Assembly (NCBI RefSeq): GCF_963853765.1
Contig: NC_088854.1
Location: 43,710,001 to 43,774,000, forward strand
Direction: 5' to 3'
DNA from: Magallana gigas
Taxonomy: Eukaryota
Length of the DNA: 64,000 bases
Part shown: positions 37,801-49,900 of the stretch, piece by piece
Numbering within the stretch: position 1 is the first letter of the stretch
Layout: each line of letters starts with the position of its first letter
Notes under the pieces: generated by a model
What the model was told of the DNA's origin: nothing
Database searches by the model: none
Seen by the model: only the letters and a program-made list of their open reading frames with translations
Translations under genes and position numbers: made by a program

Positions 37801-40800
37801 CACCCGAGGAGTCAATCCCTCCAATCAGTGGGTCCATTATCGTACATGTATATCGTNNNNNNNNNNNNNNNNNNNNNNNNNNNNNNNNNNNNNNNNNNNN
37901 NNNNNNNNNNNNNNNNNNNNNNNNNNNNNNNNNNNNNNNNNNNNNNNNNNNNNNNNNNNNNNNNNNNNNNNNNNNNNNNNNNNNNNNNNNNNNNNNNNNN
38001 NNNNNNNNNNNNNNNNNNNNNNNNNNNNNNNNNNNNNNNNNNNNNNNNNNNNNNNNNNNNNNNNNNNNNNNNNNNNNNNNNNNNNNNNNNNNNNNNNNNN
38101 NNNNNNNNNNNNNNNNNNNNNNNNNNNNNNNNNNNNNNNNNNNNNNNNNNNNNNNNNNNNNNNNNNNNNNNNNNNNNNNNNNNNNNNNNNNNNNNNNNNN
38201 NNNNNNNNTTTCCCAATCTATATTAGTCTATGCGAATACATTATATACTGCACACCACTACTGGTACTGTACCAGTTATCGGCTAAGACCAGTTATCGGC
38301 TAGACCGAGAGCTTGGGTTTATAGCACGAGACTATCCAAGATTATTTAATGCAGTCCTTTGTTTTGAAAAAAGAAAAGTAAATTTGCTTGTAAACTTTCT
38401 TAAGACTGTTTTAAACATGAGCTTAAACGATCATTTTTTACCGCTGATTTACATTTTTGCACTTTCAGCAATGGGAGAAGTGACATAATAAGTTAAAAAC
38501 AGATTATAACCTCCTTGTGATACATTATCATATCCCTTATTTGATTAGATATATAATATCACTACAAATAACATGTAGAAACAAAAGGAATTCACTAAAT
38601 TCTGAGAAATTCATAGCGCAGTTGAACGCCTGGTTGCACAATATTATGCATAAAATAGTCTACGATTTTGACTGAGTATTACCAAATGATAACAAACGAA
38701 TAATTTTATGAGTTTTGTTTTATATCATAACCCCTACGACCTTTAGTCTGATCCAAAAAGGGACATAATTCAAAGTACATTTTGCAGACTATCAATATGT
38801 ACATGGATTTTACAATGTTATTATCGCGAAGCTGATAACTGGTACAGCAATTCGTTAAATCTCGGCAAATTCAGGGCTTACTAAAAAGCACACAAACAGA
38901 ATAAATAATGATTTAACCTAATAGCTGCATAAATAAGGAGTTCACCATTTAAAGTATGTCAAGTTTTATTAAAAAATATCAAGAAATAGGGAAATATGAA
39001 AAGAAAATGTTAAATTTTAGCCGATAACTGGCACAGTGGTAGTATGTAGCACCGGAAGGCAACAAAGTACATATAACTTGGTCTTTTCAATCCGAACTTC
39101 AACATTCCCACAATAAGCAACTTCTTAGGCTTAACACATTTGATAGAAATACTAGTATAAATTTACATTTTCTAGTGTTTTAGTCTGTGGTAACAACACG
39201 AATCAAATTTGTAATTATATTCCAATAAATTTCACCAATGACGCAAATGATCGACGTATTGTGGATGCAAGCGGGGTTTGCATAATTACACGGAATGCCA
39301 AAAAAAAACAAAACAAAAAAACCCCGTGAAAATGTCAATAAATTAACATTCAATCGTACAGCTTCTGATATTCATATAAATATAAGTAATAAGAAAAGAT
39401 TCTTTGAATATCATCACAGTCGGAGGGTGATTAAATCTAATTAACATTATAAAGGCCCTTGTAGCTTTTTTTATTCGATCACGCTCCGACCATAATGATC
39501 CTTTAATGATAATCAAAAAATGATTCCTTAGTACTGAAATATGACATGTACTCCTTCATTAGTAGTATATAATCATAAACATTCTGGTCGAGAAATCAGT
39601 CATCCAATCTGAGCTCAAACATCAAACGGTTTAATCTTTACCAAAGACGTACATTAACATATGCGATATCAATCAATCAATCAATGATGATAAATCCACG
39701 TTTCACCTTTCAAATGTATTCATTTTATAACAATATGACAAATCAAATAATGCTTTGTTTTGAATGTATATATAGTCCTGATCTATTGTGGCATTGGAAA
39801 TTAAAGAGATATATGATGATTTCAGAAAGTTTCACATCAGTGTTCACCCCAGCGTCTTACACATATCAACTTGTGCCAGAAGTACAAATTAACAACAAAA
39901 CCTTCATCACATTCATGGTTAAGGCGGCTGCTGACGCTCACGTCGCACTAAGCGCAGTTTATGGTGACGTAGACCGCAAAACCTATGAAATCGTTATCGG
40001 AACTGACGGAAACACAAAATCAATCATCCGCTACGGAGCCGGCGGACCGATCATGGTCGAATCAATGACCATGAATGTACTATCCGAGGAGGAATTCCGA
40101 TATTTTTGGGTCAACTGGGCGAACAATAAGATCGAAGTGGGACGTGGTGCTAATTACGGAGTGGGTGCTTTCCTCCAATGGACGATTCCACCCAGTAAGC
40201 AGTTCAACATAAACTGTCTGGCAGTCTCAACTGGAACCCCGTCACGTGGGCAATGGGAGTTTGCAGAACTTTTGGGTTTGTATTAATTCATTTTAACTGA
40301 ATAAGTTGCATAATCTAATATAATGGAATTTTTGGTTTTCATGACCTTTTTTTAATAGATGCAGAAAAGGATTTTGGAAAGGAAGCAAAAAAGAAACGAA
40401 TCAAACACTCTTTATTATGGATTGCGAAGAAACAAAAAATGTTGCAATGTCTAGAAGACGCATATCCCAATATGGTGAAAACTGCAGAAATGTTTAAGTA
40501 AGTATTGAATTGAATGGAATTTGGTCTACTGGTTTCATTTTTAAAAATCTTTTAACATTTACTTTTTATTTTAGATACTGTAAAATCAAGCAGTCAGATA
40601 CGATGGCAGCTCTGGTGTTTTTATCAGATATGCAGAAAAAGAATTTGATTAAGGAGGTGGAGGGTGGCTATTGGATGAGACTGCAAAAGAGCCAAGAATC
40701 GGAAATTATCAAACATGGTTTGACATTTATTTTTTTTATATTAAATAGTCAAATAACCCTTAAGAATATCCAGAATGTGCAATTGCATAGTTTAGTGTTT

Positions 40801-42041
40801 GTCAGTATGCATTTTGATGAATATTTTAGAGGTAAAAATCGTCAAGCACATGCCAGAACTAAAGGCTTCTGAACAACCAACCATCGCCATTGTGACGTCA
40901 CTTTTCTGCGAGAAAGTAGCTGTGGATGCCATGATTGAAGAAAAAACAACATATGTGAAATATAAAACAGAAGGTTGCTATAAAATTAATCTAGACATAT
41001 TCCATTTCATCATACTCTTTATATGCGCCCTTATCTGTTCACCTTTTGTATGAGCAATTATAATATGTCAAATTTAACCTAAGATGACATCTTTATTTGT
41101 TGATATAGGCGAGTCTCAAGTATATACATTGGGGAGAATAGGAAAGTTCAAAGTTGTTTCAACGAAAGTATCTCGTAAATCTTCGTCAGAGCAGGAGGCA
41201 AGGATATGTGCAGAAAACACTATTACAAGACTTCTAGGTATGAGTTATTTTTGAATTCTTTAAATCTTTTAACTTGAAAAAAATATTGATTAAGAGTTGT
41301 CGTGCGATTTTTTTTTAAAATAAAGGTTCATTCAGCAAAATCCACCACGTGTTAATCGTGGGTGTCGGAAGCGGGGTACCCCATTACTCCGACGGCAATC
41401 AACACGTGCGTCTGGGGGATGTGGTCGTGTCTGTGCCTTCCAGAAAGAACGGTGCTATTTACATGTACTGTGATAAGATAGAGAAGATGACCGACGCAAA
41501 CGGTTACAATTATTCTACGCGGGAATGGGACTGCAGTGACAACTCGCTACAGGATGTCGCCGTCAGTCTAAAACAAATCATGGAGAGGGACACCAACCCA
41601 CAGAGGCCGTGGGACCGCTACATGAACGACGCCAAAGATATCCTCCAAACCGAGGAATCTAACTTCCACCGACCTCCAATGAAGACGGATCGACTGTTCT
41701 ACACAGACGACAACGGAACTGACTTAGAACTGGAGCATCCGGCCGCTGGTAAAGGTTACCGGGTAGGACAGAGCAACTGCCGCCTGGGGGTGATCGCTAG
41801 CGGTAAACTTGTCTCCAGGAGCCCCCGTCTACGACAGTCATTCGCGGAAATAAACGGCATCCGAGCATACGACAGTGACGTCACTGCGGTTTTGGAATCG
41901 TTGGAAGGGAACCGAAATAACAGCTTTATCATCATTCGAGGGATCTCCGATTATTCCAGCGGCTCCAGAAAGGAATGGCAACCGTACGCATCCCTGGCTG
42001 CCGCCGCTTACATGAAGTCGCTCATTTATGCTTTGAAATAA
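34832..42041 (+). CDS. Uncharacterised ~733-aa protein: novel N-terminus + Methyltransf_FA-like domain + probable winged helix + PNP_UDP_1 (Pfs/nucleoside phosphorylase) domain
   Basis: Exons 34832-34847, 35978-36121, 36830-36915, 37115-37226, 37705-37827, 39826-40275, 40359-40497, 40575-40717, 40830-40973, 41109-41237, 41326-42041. Total 2202 nt, GT-AG, in phase. Least certain: the 16-nt first exon (MGDSE; alternative start ATG 35986) and the exon 5 donor next to the N gap. PNP motifs: TIAIVTSLFCEKVAV, VGVGSGVP, VRLGDVVVS, GVIASG, IRGISDY. Confidence 0.85.
37857..38208. other. Assembly gap (352 N) in intron 5 of the PNP-domain gene
   Basis: N run. Confidence 1.
38267..39036. mobile_element. 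770-bp non-autonomous TIR element (TA-type)
   Basis: TA|CTGTACCAGTTATCGGCTAA ... TTAGCCGATAACTGGCACAG|TG (19/20 TIR match). Extra subterminal copies at about 38288 and 38830. Confidence 0.75.
39826..40275 (+). CDS. Exon encoding a complete farnesoic acid O-methyltransferase-like (Methyltransf_FA) beta-rich domain
   Basis: Sequence FMVKAAADAHVALS...YEIVIGTDGNTKSIIR...NVLSEEEFRYFWVNW.NNKIEVGRG...FLQW...LAVSTG....GQWEF matches the family pattern. 450 nt, phase 1 at both ends. Confidence 0.85.
41326..42041 (+). CDS. Terminal exon carrying most of the PNP/MTA-SAH nucleosidase-like domain
   Basis: Covers the 230-aa ORF 41349-42041, with GVGSGVP, RLGDVVVS, GVIASG, IRGISDY and WQPYASLAAAAYMK. Acceptor aag at 41325. 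Confidence 0.88.
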
Positions 42042-42615
42042 TGAACTAGCTTTCAGGATGGGGATTTAATTTTCCCTACGCTTATTAAGTTTTTTTATAT
42101 GAATATTTTTGGAGGGGGGGGGGGTCCATGTTATGTGCATAATATGACAGTGCTGTAAGATTAAAATGCATTTATTTTGCTTTAGTTCAGGTTTGTTACT
42201 AACTTTTTTGTCATCTTTGTATTTATATGAGAGTAACTCAAGGTAAAAACATAACATTTATAAACTTAAGACAGAAGTGGATCAGATAGGCTGAAGTAGT
42301 ACACAGACAAAATCAACAACTGTTGACGAGTCGGCTGTTTATAATGCTATAGCAATCACGTGCAATTTGATCTTTTCTCTGAAAGATTTATTAATAATTT
42401 GCGTGTTTTAACCTTGTAATACATAAATTAAAAAATGCTCCATGTAGATTTTAAAATTCAAGTGCACTCCAAACTTACAACTGTTATCTTTAAATTTGCA
42501 TTCTTTTAAAAACATACATGTACTTTAATGGTCGCATAGAGAGACTATTGTAAAAGTAATGGCAAATAAGTATTATGCATAGGCACCTGACGTTATATTT
42601 TTCTCAGAATAAATG

Positions 42616-42829
42616 CCGTATATCCGGGTTTTTTAGCGTGTCACAAAATTTGCGAAACTTTGGAAAATCTGTAACAATTTTAATTTGCGGCAAGCATTTT
42701 TGCGATATAAGTTTCTTATAGAAAATGATACAGTATATATTTTCTGCGTAATCCAATATTTGCGAGTTAAAAGGGGTCGCGAAAAAAACCCCAAAAATTA
42801 GATAATCGCGAAAATGACCGGATATACGA
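42616..42829. mobile_element. ~214-bp MITE
   Basis: Ends CCGTATATCCGG ... CCGGATATACGA (11/12 match), with repeated TTTGCG/CGCAAA-type internal motifs. Confidence 0.7.
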
Positions 42830-43967
42830 TATATTTACCATATATCTAACAATAAACAAGGTCTATTATTAGAAATAGAGTATATATATTTTTATGAGAA
42901 AAATACATGTTTATAACGTAATTAACGTCAGGCGTATTATTAGACATAGGGTATATATTTTCATGGTGTCTGTGGTATTGTGCTGGTACAGTTTAAAAGT
43001 TGCTGAAACCAATATAAGTAATATCTAGTTTCACATAACTTATTTCCAATATTTTAACTACTTTTCCTTACGGAGGTCAACTTAGAGTATTTTGCGTCAA
43101 TACTACAATAGAAAAACTCATTGTGTTTTAACCTTGTGTACTATATACCCACTCCATGAGTTCCATGAAAATCTAGTAAATGTTTCTTTTTTGTACGTAA
43201 TGGCCATTTAAAAATACAAGTACATTTACTAGAAATATATAGAAAATTGCAATTTTTGCACTTCGAATTGAATCATAGTATGAAAGTGTTACGATATACA
43301 TTTTCCTTAAATTGATATATTTGACGAATAAGATCTTTTGGGCGTCGTAAAAAACACAAAATTCTACCATCTTGCATTTAAAAAGGGGCCATGAAGCACT
43401 TATACACGTAGATTGGTACAATGGATTCATTCAAATATTAAGAAAAAACAACCGATACCAATGATAGATTAAGTTTCCAAGGCATACACTTTTTTATATC
43501 TTTTATTTTATATCAATTTTCATAACGTACTCCTACAAAGCTTCATTTTATTATAACGTCATAAATGCACAATGGCTACGTTCAACCATTCAATGACGTA
43601 AAAATCGGGTAAAGAATATTTCTTAAAAATCCCACAAACTGTATCTTTGTTTTGTTTATCGTCTTCAAATTTCATAAACGGTATCAATACAATTTTAAAA
43701 AAAAAAAAAAAAAATTAAGTACAAGGTAATTTAAAGACATGCGCAAAAGATTGAAAGAATGAAAACTTACGTTGGCCGCCTAAAATTATAACCAACGGCT
43801 GAATATAAAAAAAAAGACTCTGTGTCGATCTTCAAAAAACTATATTTCATATACATACTTTAAAATACTCAGTAGTATTAGAATGAAAAATTCACAATAT
43901 CATCGAAAAACATGTATACCTTGGTTTATTTTGTGGTTTAAATTGTCCTATTCCATGCTTAATGAAT

Positions 43968-46900
43968 TCAAACCTTTTCTATATCCTTTTTACATCGAAA
44001 AAAGGTAAAACATGCACAGAAAGAGGTCCCAAAGACAAACGCAAGAGTAATCAAGACATAACAGATAACAATCTGCCAGAACGTAAAACTGAACACAACG
44101 CTGTCACACCAGTTCTTAGGTTCATGTAATGGCGCCTTAAACTTAGGAATTCCAACCCCAAAGAACCAGACATTCCCGAATCCAAACCAAACACACAAAA
44201 ATAAGGTGAGAAAGACGTGAGCCACTTTAGTCATGGTCAGAAGCTCCGAATCATCGTGAATTGTTTCGTCATCATCGTCACGTAACTTCCGGGCCTGTTC
44301 GCACATGAGCATTAAAAGTTTTAAACCTCCAAAACATCCGCCGACCAAAAGATATATCGGAAGCTTTGGTTCTCTTGGACATTCCTCTAAATACTTAACC
44401 CCTAAAATTAAAGAAATAAAACTTTTTTAACTTTTTATGGAATATCCATATATTTTAATTTCTAAAAGATGATTTTATAGTGATAATAATTACAACGAGT
44501 CAAAATTTACGTGAATTGAAGTGCTTATCCTGACTGATTTATTTGCATGTCTTTAATGTTCAATTACCCACAGCAACTCATTTGTTCTAATTTCGTAAAA
44601 CTCTAATTTTTTTGATGATGTATATTTTTCTTAAATTACTATTAACCTTTTGTTCAAATTATATTAGTAATTTCTAAAAGTCTTGCATATATCTTTCAAC
44701 TACAAAATCATTGTCAGTCATGTCATGTGGAAATAAAAGAAATTCCTTGTGGTTATGAATCTCCTTAGATAATCTACCTTTATGTTAATCCAGTCATGGG
44801 TGATGCTTAATGTTATTCTTTGATATCGAGGAATAAAAGTTCACAAGAATAGATATTGTACAAGAAGAAAAACTGTATAGTATAAGTTGGGTATGTATAT
44901 ATCATCTTAAGCTGATTAAGCGGTTATATTCATATACACGAAAAGAGAAAATAAAATCGATGAAAGAAAAGTCAACTTACCGATGATTATCATTGTGACG
45001 GGCAGCGCCAGGAGCAGCCCTATAAATACCGTAGCTGGAACTGCAAAAAAGTTACAACTTTTGCATTTATATAATAAACAAAAATGTTCCCTAAAGTTAA
45101 AAGAGGGGTAATTTCCTTGCATATTAAATTTATTTAATTTCATGACTTAGCCATTTTTCTTTTATTGTAGGATAAAGTTTTTTGTTTTTGTTTTTGGTGA
45201 AATTTAGTTTTATATTCAAGAAATATACAACTCATTAACAAAAAACAAATACTAGTATAGTACATCCATGTCTATTACAAATTTTGATTTCTGACCCGGT
45301 GATATTCTTATACAAGGAGGGTGTTGCAAAAAGCGGGATAATTATAGATAAATAAATATTACATTGAAAAGCGTTTAAATATCTTTATTCTGACATGCGT
45401 TTAAAAAATCCAACTGTTCTGGGATTCGAACCCAATCATTAAATGTTGAACTCGGTTACAACCTATTGTAACTGCCTAATCACCCGACAAACAAGACATG
45501 ACACATACAAGGGAAATTCAACTCAGCATTCTAAGGTATTAATGATTTTTCCCCCAAAAGTTTGATTTTTTTTCCAAAAATGCTACATGTAGTATATGTC
45601 TCTTTGGAACAAAAATCTGAAATGCCAGTTTTCAACAGATTACCTGACTCTAAACGTTAATATTAATTTAATTTTGTTTCAAGGTGGCAGTTTATTCCAA
45701 AACAAAATAGATTCCTCTTTTATAAAGCGTGAAATCTGCCACATTAGTCTATGTAATCAATTTCAAATTTAGAACCATTTTAAAAAGACCTTGGACTTTC
45801 GGTTGGACGCAGCTATCTATTTCTTGCGTCAAAACAAATTAAAAATGACGCAGTTTCAAGAGAAATATACACCGATTGCGTTATCTAAGAAAAAGCCCAA
45901 AAGCCAGACAAATCTTGTTGATTTCAAAGAGCCATGGCTGAGTGGCCAGCAATGAAATAGACATGCCTACTTCACACTGCCGTTTGACACATCTATCCAA
46001 AGCCCAAGGTCTTGTTAAAATGGCTATTCCTTGGCCTTATAAAAGCTAGTATAAACTTTCCAGAGAAAATTCTACACTGCTTTATGTACAATGTTGCATG
46101 CACACCAAAAAAAAAAAAAGATTTACATAGCATTCTTTAGCTTTAATTTTTTTTTACATTTTATCTGCGACACCTTTATAGAAAATATAGCATAGGAACT
46201 GCAACACCCTCTTTATGTAAAATATCGCATATAACATATCTACACGTTGAAGTAGCAGTGTTGTATTACGGTGTTTCTTAGATATAATATTTCATATTTA
46301 TCAAAAATATCAAATATTATTTTAAGGTGGTTTGGGACATCTGTTGATATTAATGTGGATAAAGTACATTACAATTAAAATACTTTCACCGGTTTATAAT
46401 TTTCATATTTTACAATATTCAACAAAAAAAATCACGTTTTAAAAATTTTTGGAAAGGTAAAACTTAAAAAAAAATAACCCTGCTGGATTCGAACGAATGA
46501 CTTACAAATTCGTAGTGATCCCTCTGACCCACTGCGCTACGTTGTTAAACAATTTTGGAAAAGAAACTATTTATAAAATAAAATTATTGATACTTGATTG
46601 TATTGTTTATTTTGATAAATGATGCGTCACAATGTGGAGGTATCCCATACCACCTTAAAATTGCTTACGAGTTCTTCCGAAAATAATAAATGCCCTATGG
46701 ACGAAGTCGCAAGGATTTCCGGCCTCATCACACGCCTCCACAAGTCCAACATACACAGACAATGAATTGTCTCCTTCCGCAGGATCCGTCCATAGAACGA
46801 AACTTCCGTAGTACTGAGGTTTTTCAGAGGGACTATTTACAATGCTTGACTACAAAATAATAAGTTTCATTACATTAAAAACAGAAATTTTAAAGAAAGT

Positions 46901-49900
46901 GATTAAGTGAGATACTTAGCTATTACAATTGTCAGAGTCAATCAAAGCATAATTTCATATCAACTTATTCATGATATCTACTTTCTCCCAACCTCTCGTG
47001 ACCTACTTTACCCAAAAAGCGCTTACCGTTATTTTTTTCAGTTTCGTTTTTTATGATATCTAAATATATACAAGTATATTTCTTTTTTCGGAGTTATAAC
47101 ACGACAAAAATGCGGGGATGATTCCACTTGGAATATCAGTTTAAACTAGAAATTGTCCTCAGATGACCCAATTTCAGAAAAGCAATCACTATACCGATTT
47201 GTGGCAGGGGCCTTTGTCTAAAATAGAATGAAAGGCGACAAAATCGATGGATACCATTTGTATGAATAACGATGATTGAACGAAATTTAAGTGAAATAGA
47301 CTAACTTTTTATATGATTCTTTTGACCATAATTGACCAGTAAATTTAATTAAGGGTAAGCATCTTATATTGCATGAAGCTTCCAACAATTTTTTTACAGT
47401 CATAAAGACGTCAAGAGAGTTTTGTGCCGTTTTAAATTGCCAAATGAATTTTTGACAGCGATTTTATCTTCTATTTAAAGAAAACAACCTGTAACGCATA
47501 ACTTGGATACTGTAGAACCAATCTCAAGGGGGCTGTAATATTTCTCCTCTTGAGTGCACGATGCAACCATTACTGGAGTATCATGATTTTGCTTAGATTA
47601 CAGTCATTATGACACGGCTAGATAATGTATTAAAAAGGTTCTTTTGACACCTCTAAAGGCATGCCATGATCTTGACTAATGGGACGTAATATTTGTGTGC
47701 ATAATACACTTGATGTGGAATTAATCTTAAAAGGTTTCTAGAACGAGCTAATACATCTTAAGAATGGAGAAAGGAAAATATACAAACACCAAAACGATGG
47801 AAATATGTGTAAATTTTAACACCATAGCAACGAAATATTACTTCTTCCTGGTATAGTACTGTAGCGATGTCAACAGTTAGTAGGCCGTTTGGCGATGACG
47901 TCACCATCGTAGTCTTTTACAAAAAGCACCGGGCATTGTGCTATTATTAACATTAGATAGTAAGTCAGATATAGTCGGTTTGCAATATGGCAATTGATTA
48001 AAAGCCCTGTGGATCACAAGAACTTCACTTCTAAGTGATATTATTTCTAGAGCGACATCTTGTCTGCGGAAATAAGCGACAGTTCTTAATTAATCACATT
48101 TTCTTTGTCAGATTTGGGGTTTTTTTAAACAGTAAAAGGTTACGATATGTTTTTGTGAAATCAAACGCCTTTGTTCAGTCTACCGATCTCTTGATCGAAT
48201 TTTTCAAACTGAAATAGTCTTCTGAAACTTCAGTCCAGTTTTTGATTCAAGTAATGAGTACAATCAAATGATTACAAAGAGTCTGTTCCAATTAGCTTCT
48301 GCTTTTTGGGTCATCCATGACATTACAAATATTGGTTCTACTTACCTTCGCAAAAAAGCAAATGAGTGCAATTGTAAAGACACAATACTACTACATTTTC
48401 AATGTTTTCACGCACCACTTAATACTAGTAGTACGCAAAAAGCAATCGCAGAATGATAAGGAAAAATCTATTGCCATCTTTCAAGTCCCATTCAAATTCC
48501 AACTTACGCCTGCCAAGCTTCAATCATATATCATATGATAGTATATTATATAATACATGTAGTGATAATTATTAAATGGATACGAGAATCATCATTCATT
48601 AGAGTTATAATGATAATTTTTCGTATAGGTATGATATATAACTATGCATTCCTTCATGTTAACCGAGAAAATTATCAAATTTGTAAATGCATTTGAAATT
48701 TTAACATTAATCACACGTGTACATGTATGGTTTGTACATTACAATGTGTATTGCTCATCGACAGATTGCCTCCTCTTATTCTGGAGTTTAAATCATAAAT
48801 GTTTCTCCGATACTTGTTCTGGATATCGAAATTGTAGAAATTCAAATCTAAATGGAAAACATCCTAATTAACTGTTTCTGGCTTGTTCTTAGGATTGAGT
48901 TAACTCGGAACATTTTGCACCGTGTTAACTTAAAGAAGATGTAATCAATCGGATTTTTCGGATGCAGATCGTCAGTCCTCCAATGCAATACTTTTGTCAA
49001 GATCTGACGATAGCGATCTGATAATTAACAAAACTAGTTAGTTAAAATGGAATCTTCAACTGAAGAGTCTTGAAAATCTTTTCCTTCATCAATTTTTACT
49101 GAAGTTGACAAGAATACTGCTTAATTAACACAAATGTCCTCGATGACGTTGTAGACATGCAGGCTATAAACGTAAACTTCTTTAAATATATTCATGATTA
49201 CTGTTCTCATAGCTCTCTTTCAATACACAATATTAATTAATATTGTAGTTAACTGCGAGTGCTACTAGTAATTGCGGACAATATCTTTTAATGAAAATGC
49301 ACTTGTATGCATAGTTATTTTCGCCTAGTGTTTTTCGCCCTTCTATACATGCATACAGTTTCGTACGCCTTAAATAAGCCCAGAGACAGTTTTTTCAGTC
49401 TAAAAGCCCGCAAACGAGGGACGAAAATAAAAGGGTAGCGAATATTTCCTTGAAACAGTATTATATAGTGGTGAAGAACTCTAAACGTGGACTGAAAGCA
49501 GAGCAGAGCAATGCAATTTCAGTTCAATAACCCAATATGTTCAGTATATATTGTTTAACCTTAAATTGTAGAATATCAAAATTTCCTAATGTATATTTGC
49601 TAAAATACATTTTTTGGCGCTTAATAGACAGGTGATGTAAACTGAACCTTACATAATAGATTGACATTTTTGCTTTTAAATACAAATTTGAGATATGACT
49701 TGATTGCTTTTCAACAACCATAACGGCAAACTGATGAGACAACTCAATCAATCGCCATTACATTACGTCCACATTCTGTCAAATACCACGAATCAAATGA
49801 CAGAAGCTGAAATCTATTTCCAACCGATTGGTTTTTAACCATTCCAAACACATGGGTTCGCTGTTAATTTTGCATGGAAATGTCCATCACATCGCCTGCG

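Noticed and set aside
37686-38303. Long ORFs running through the N gap (also 56235-56536)
   Set aside because: Artefacts of translating Ns; only 37705-37827 is a supported exon.
39826-40275. Calling the gene a farnesoic acid O-methyltransferase (hormone synthesis)
   Set aside because: The domain has no SAM-binding motif, its enzymatic role is disputed, and here it is one module of a larger protein.
45421-45433. Perfect B box GGGTTCGAATCCC (minus strand), and tRNA-like segments at 17710-17770 and 46480-46545
   Set aside because: No complete cloverleaf (acceptor and anticodon stems not pairable), so these are not called tRNA genes.
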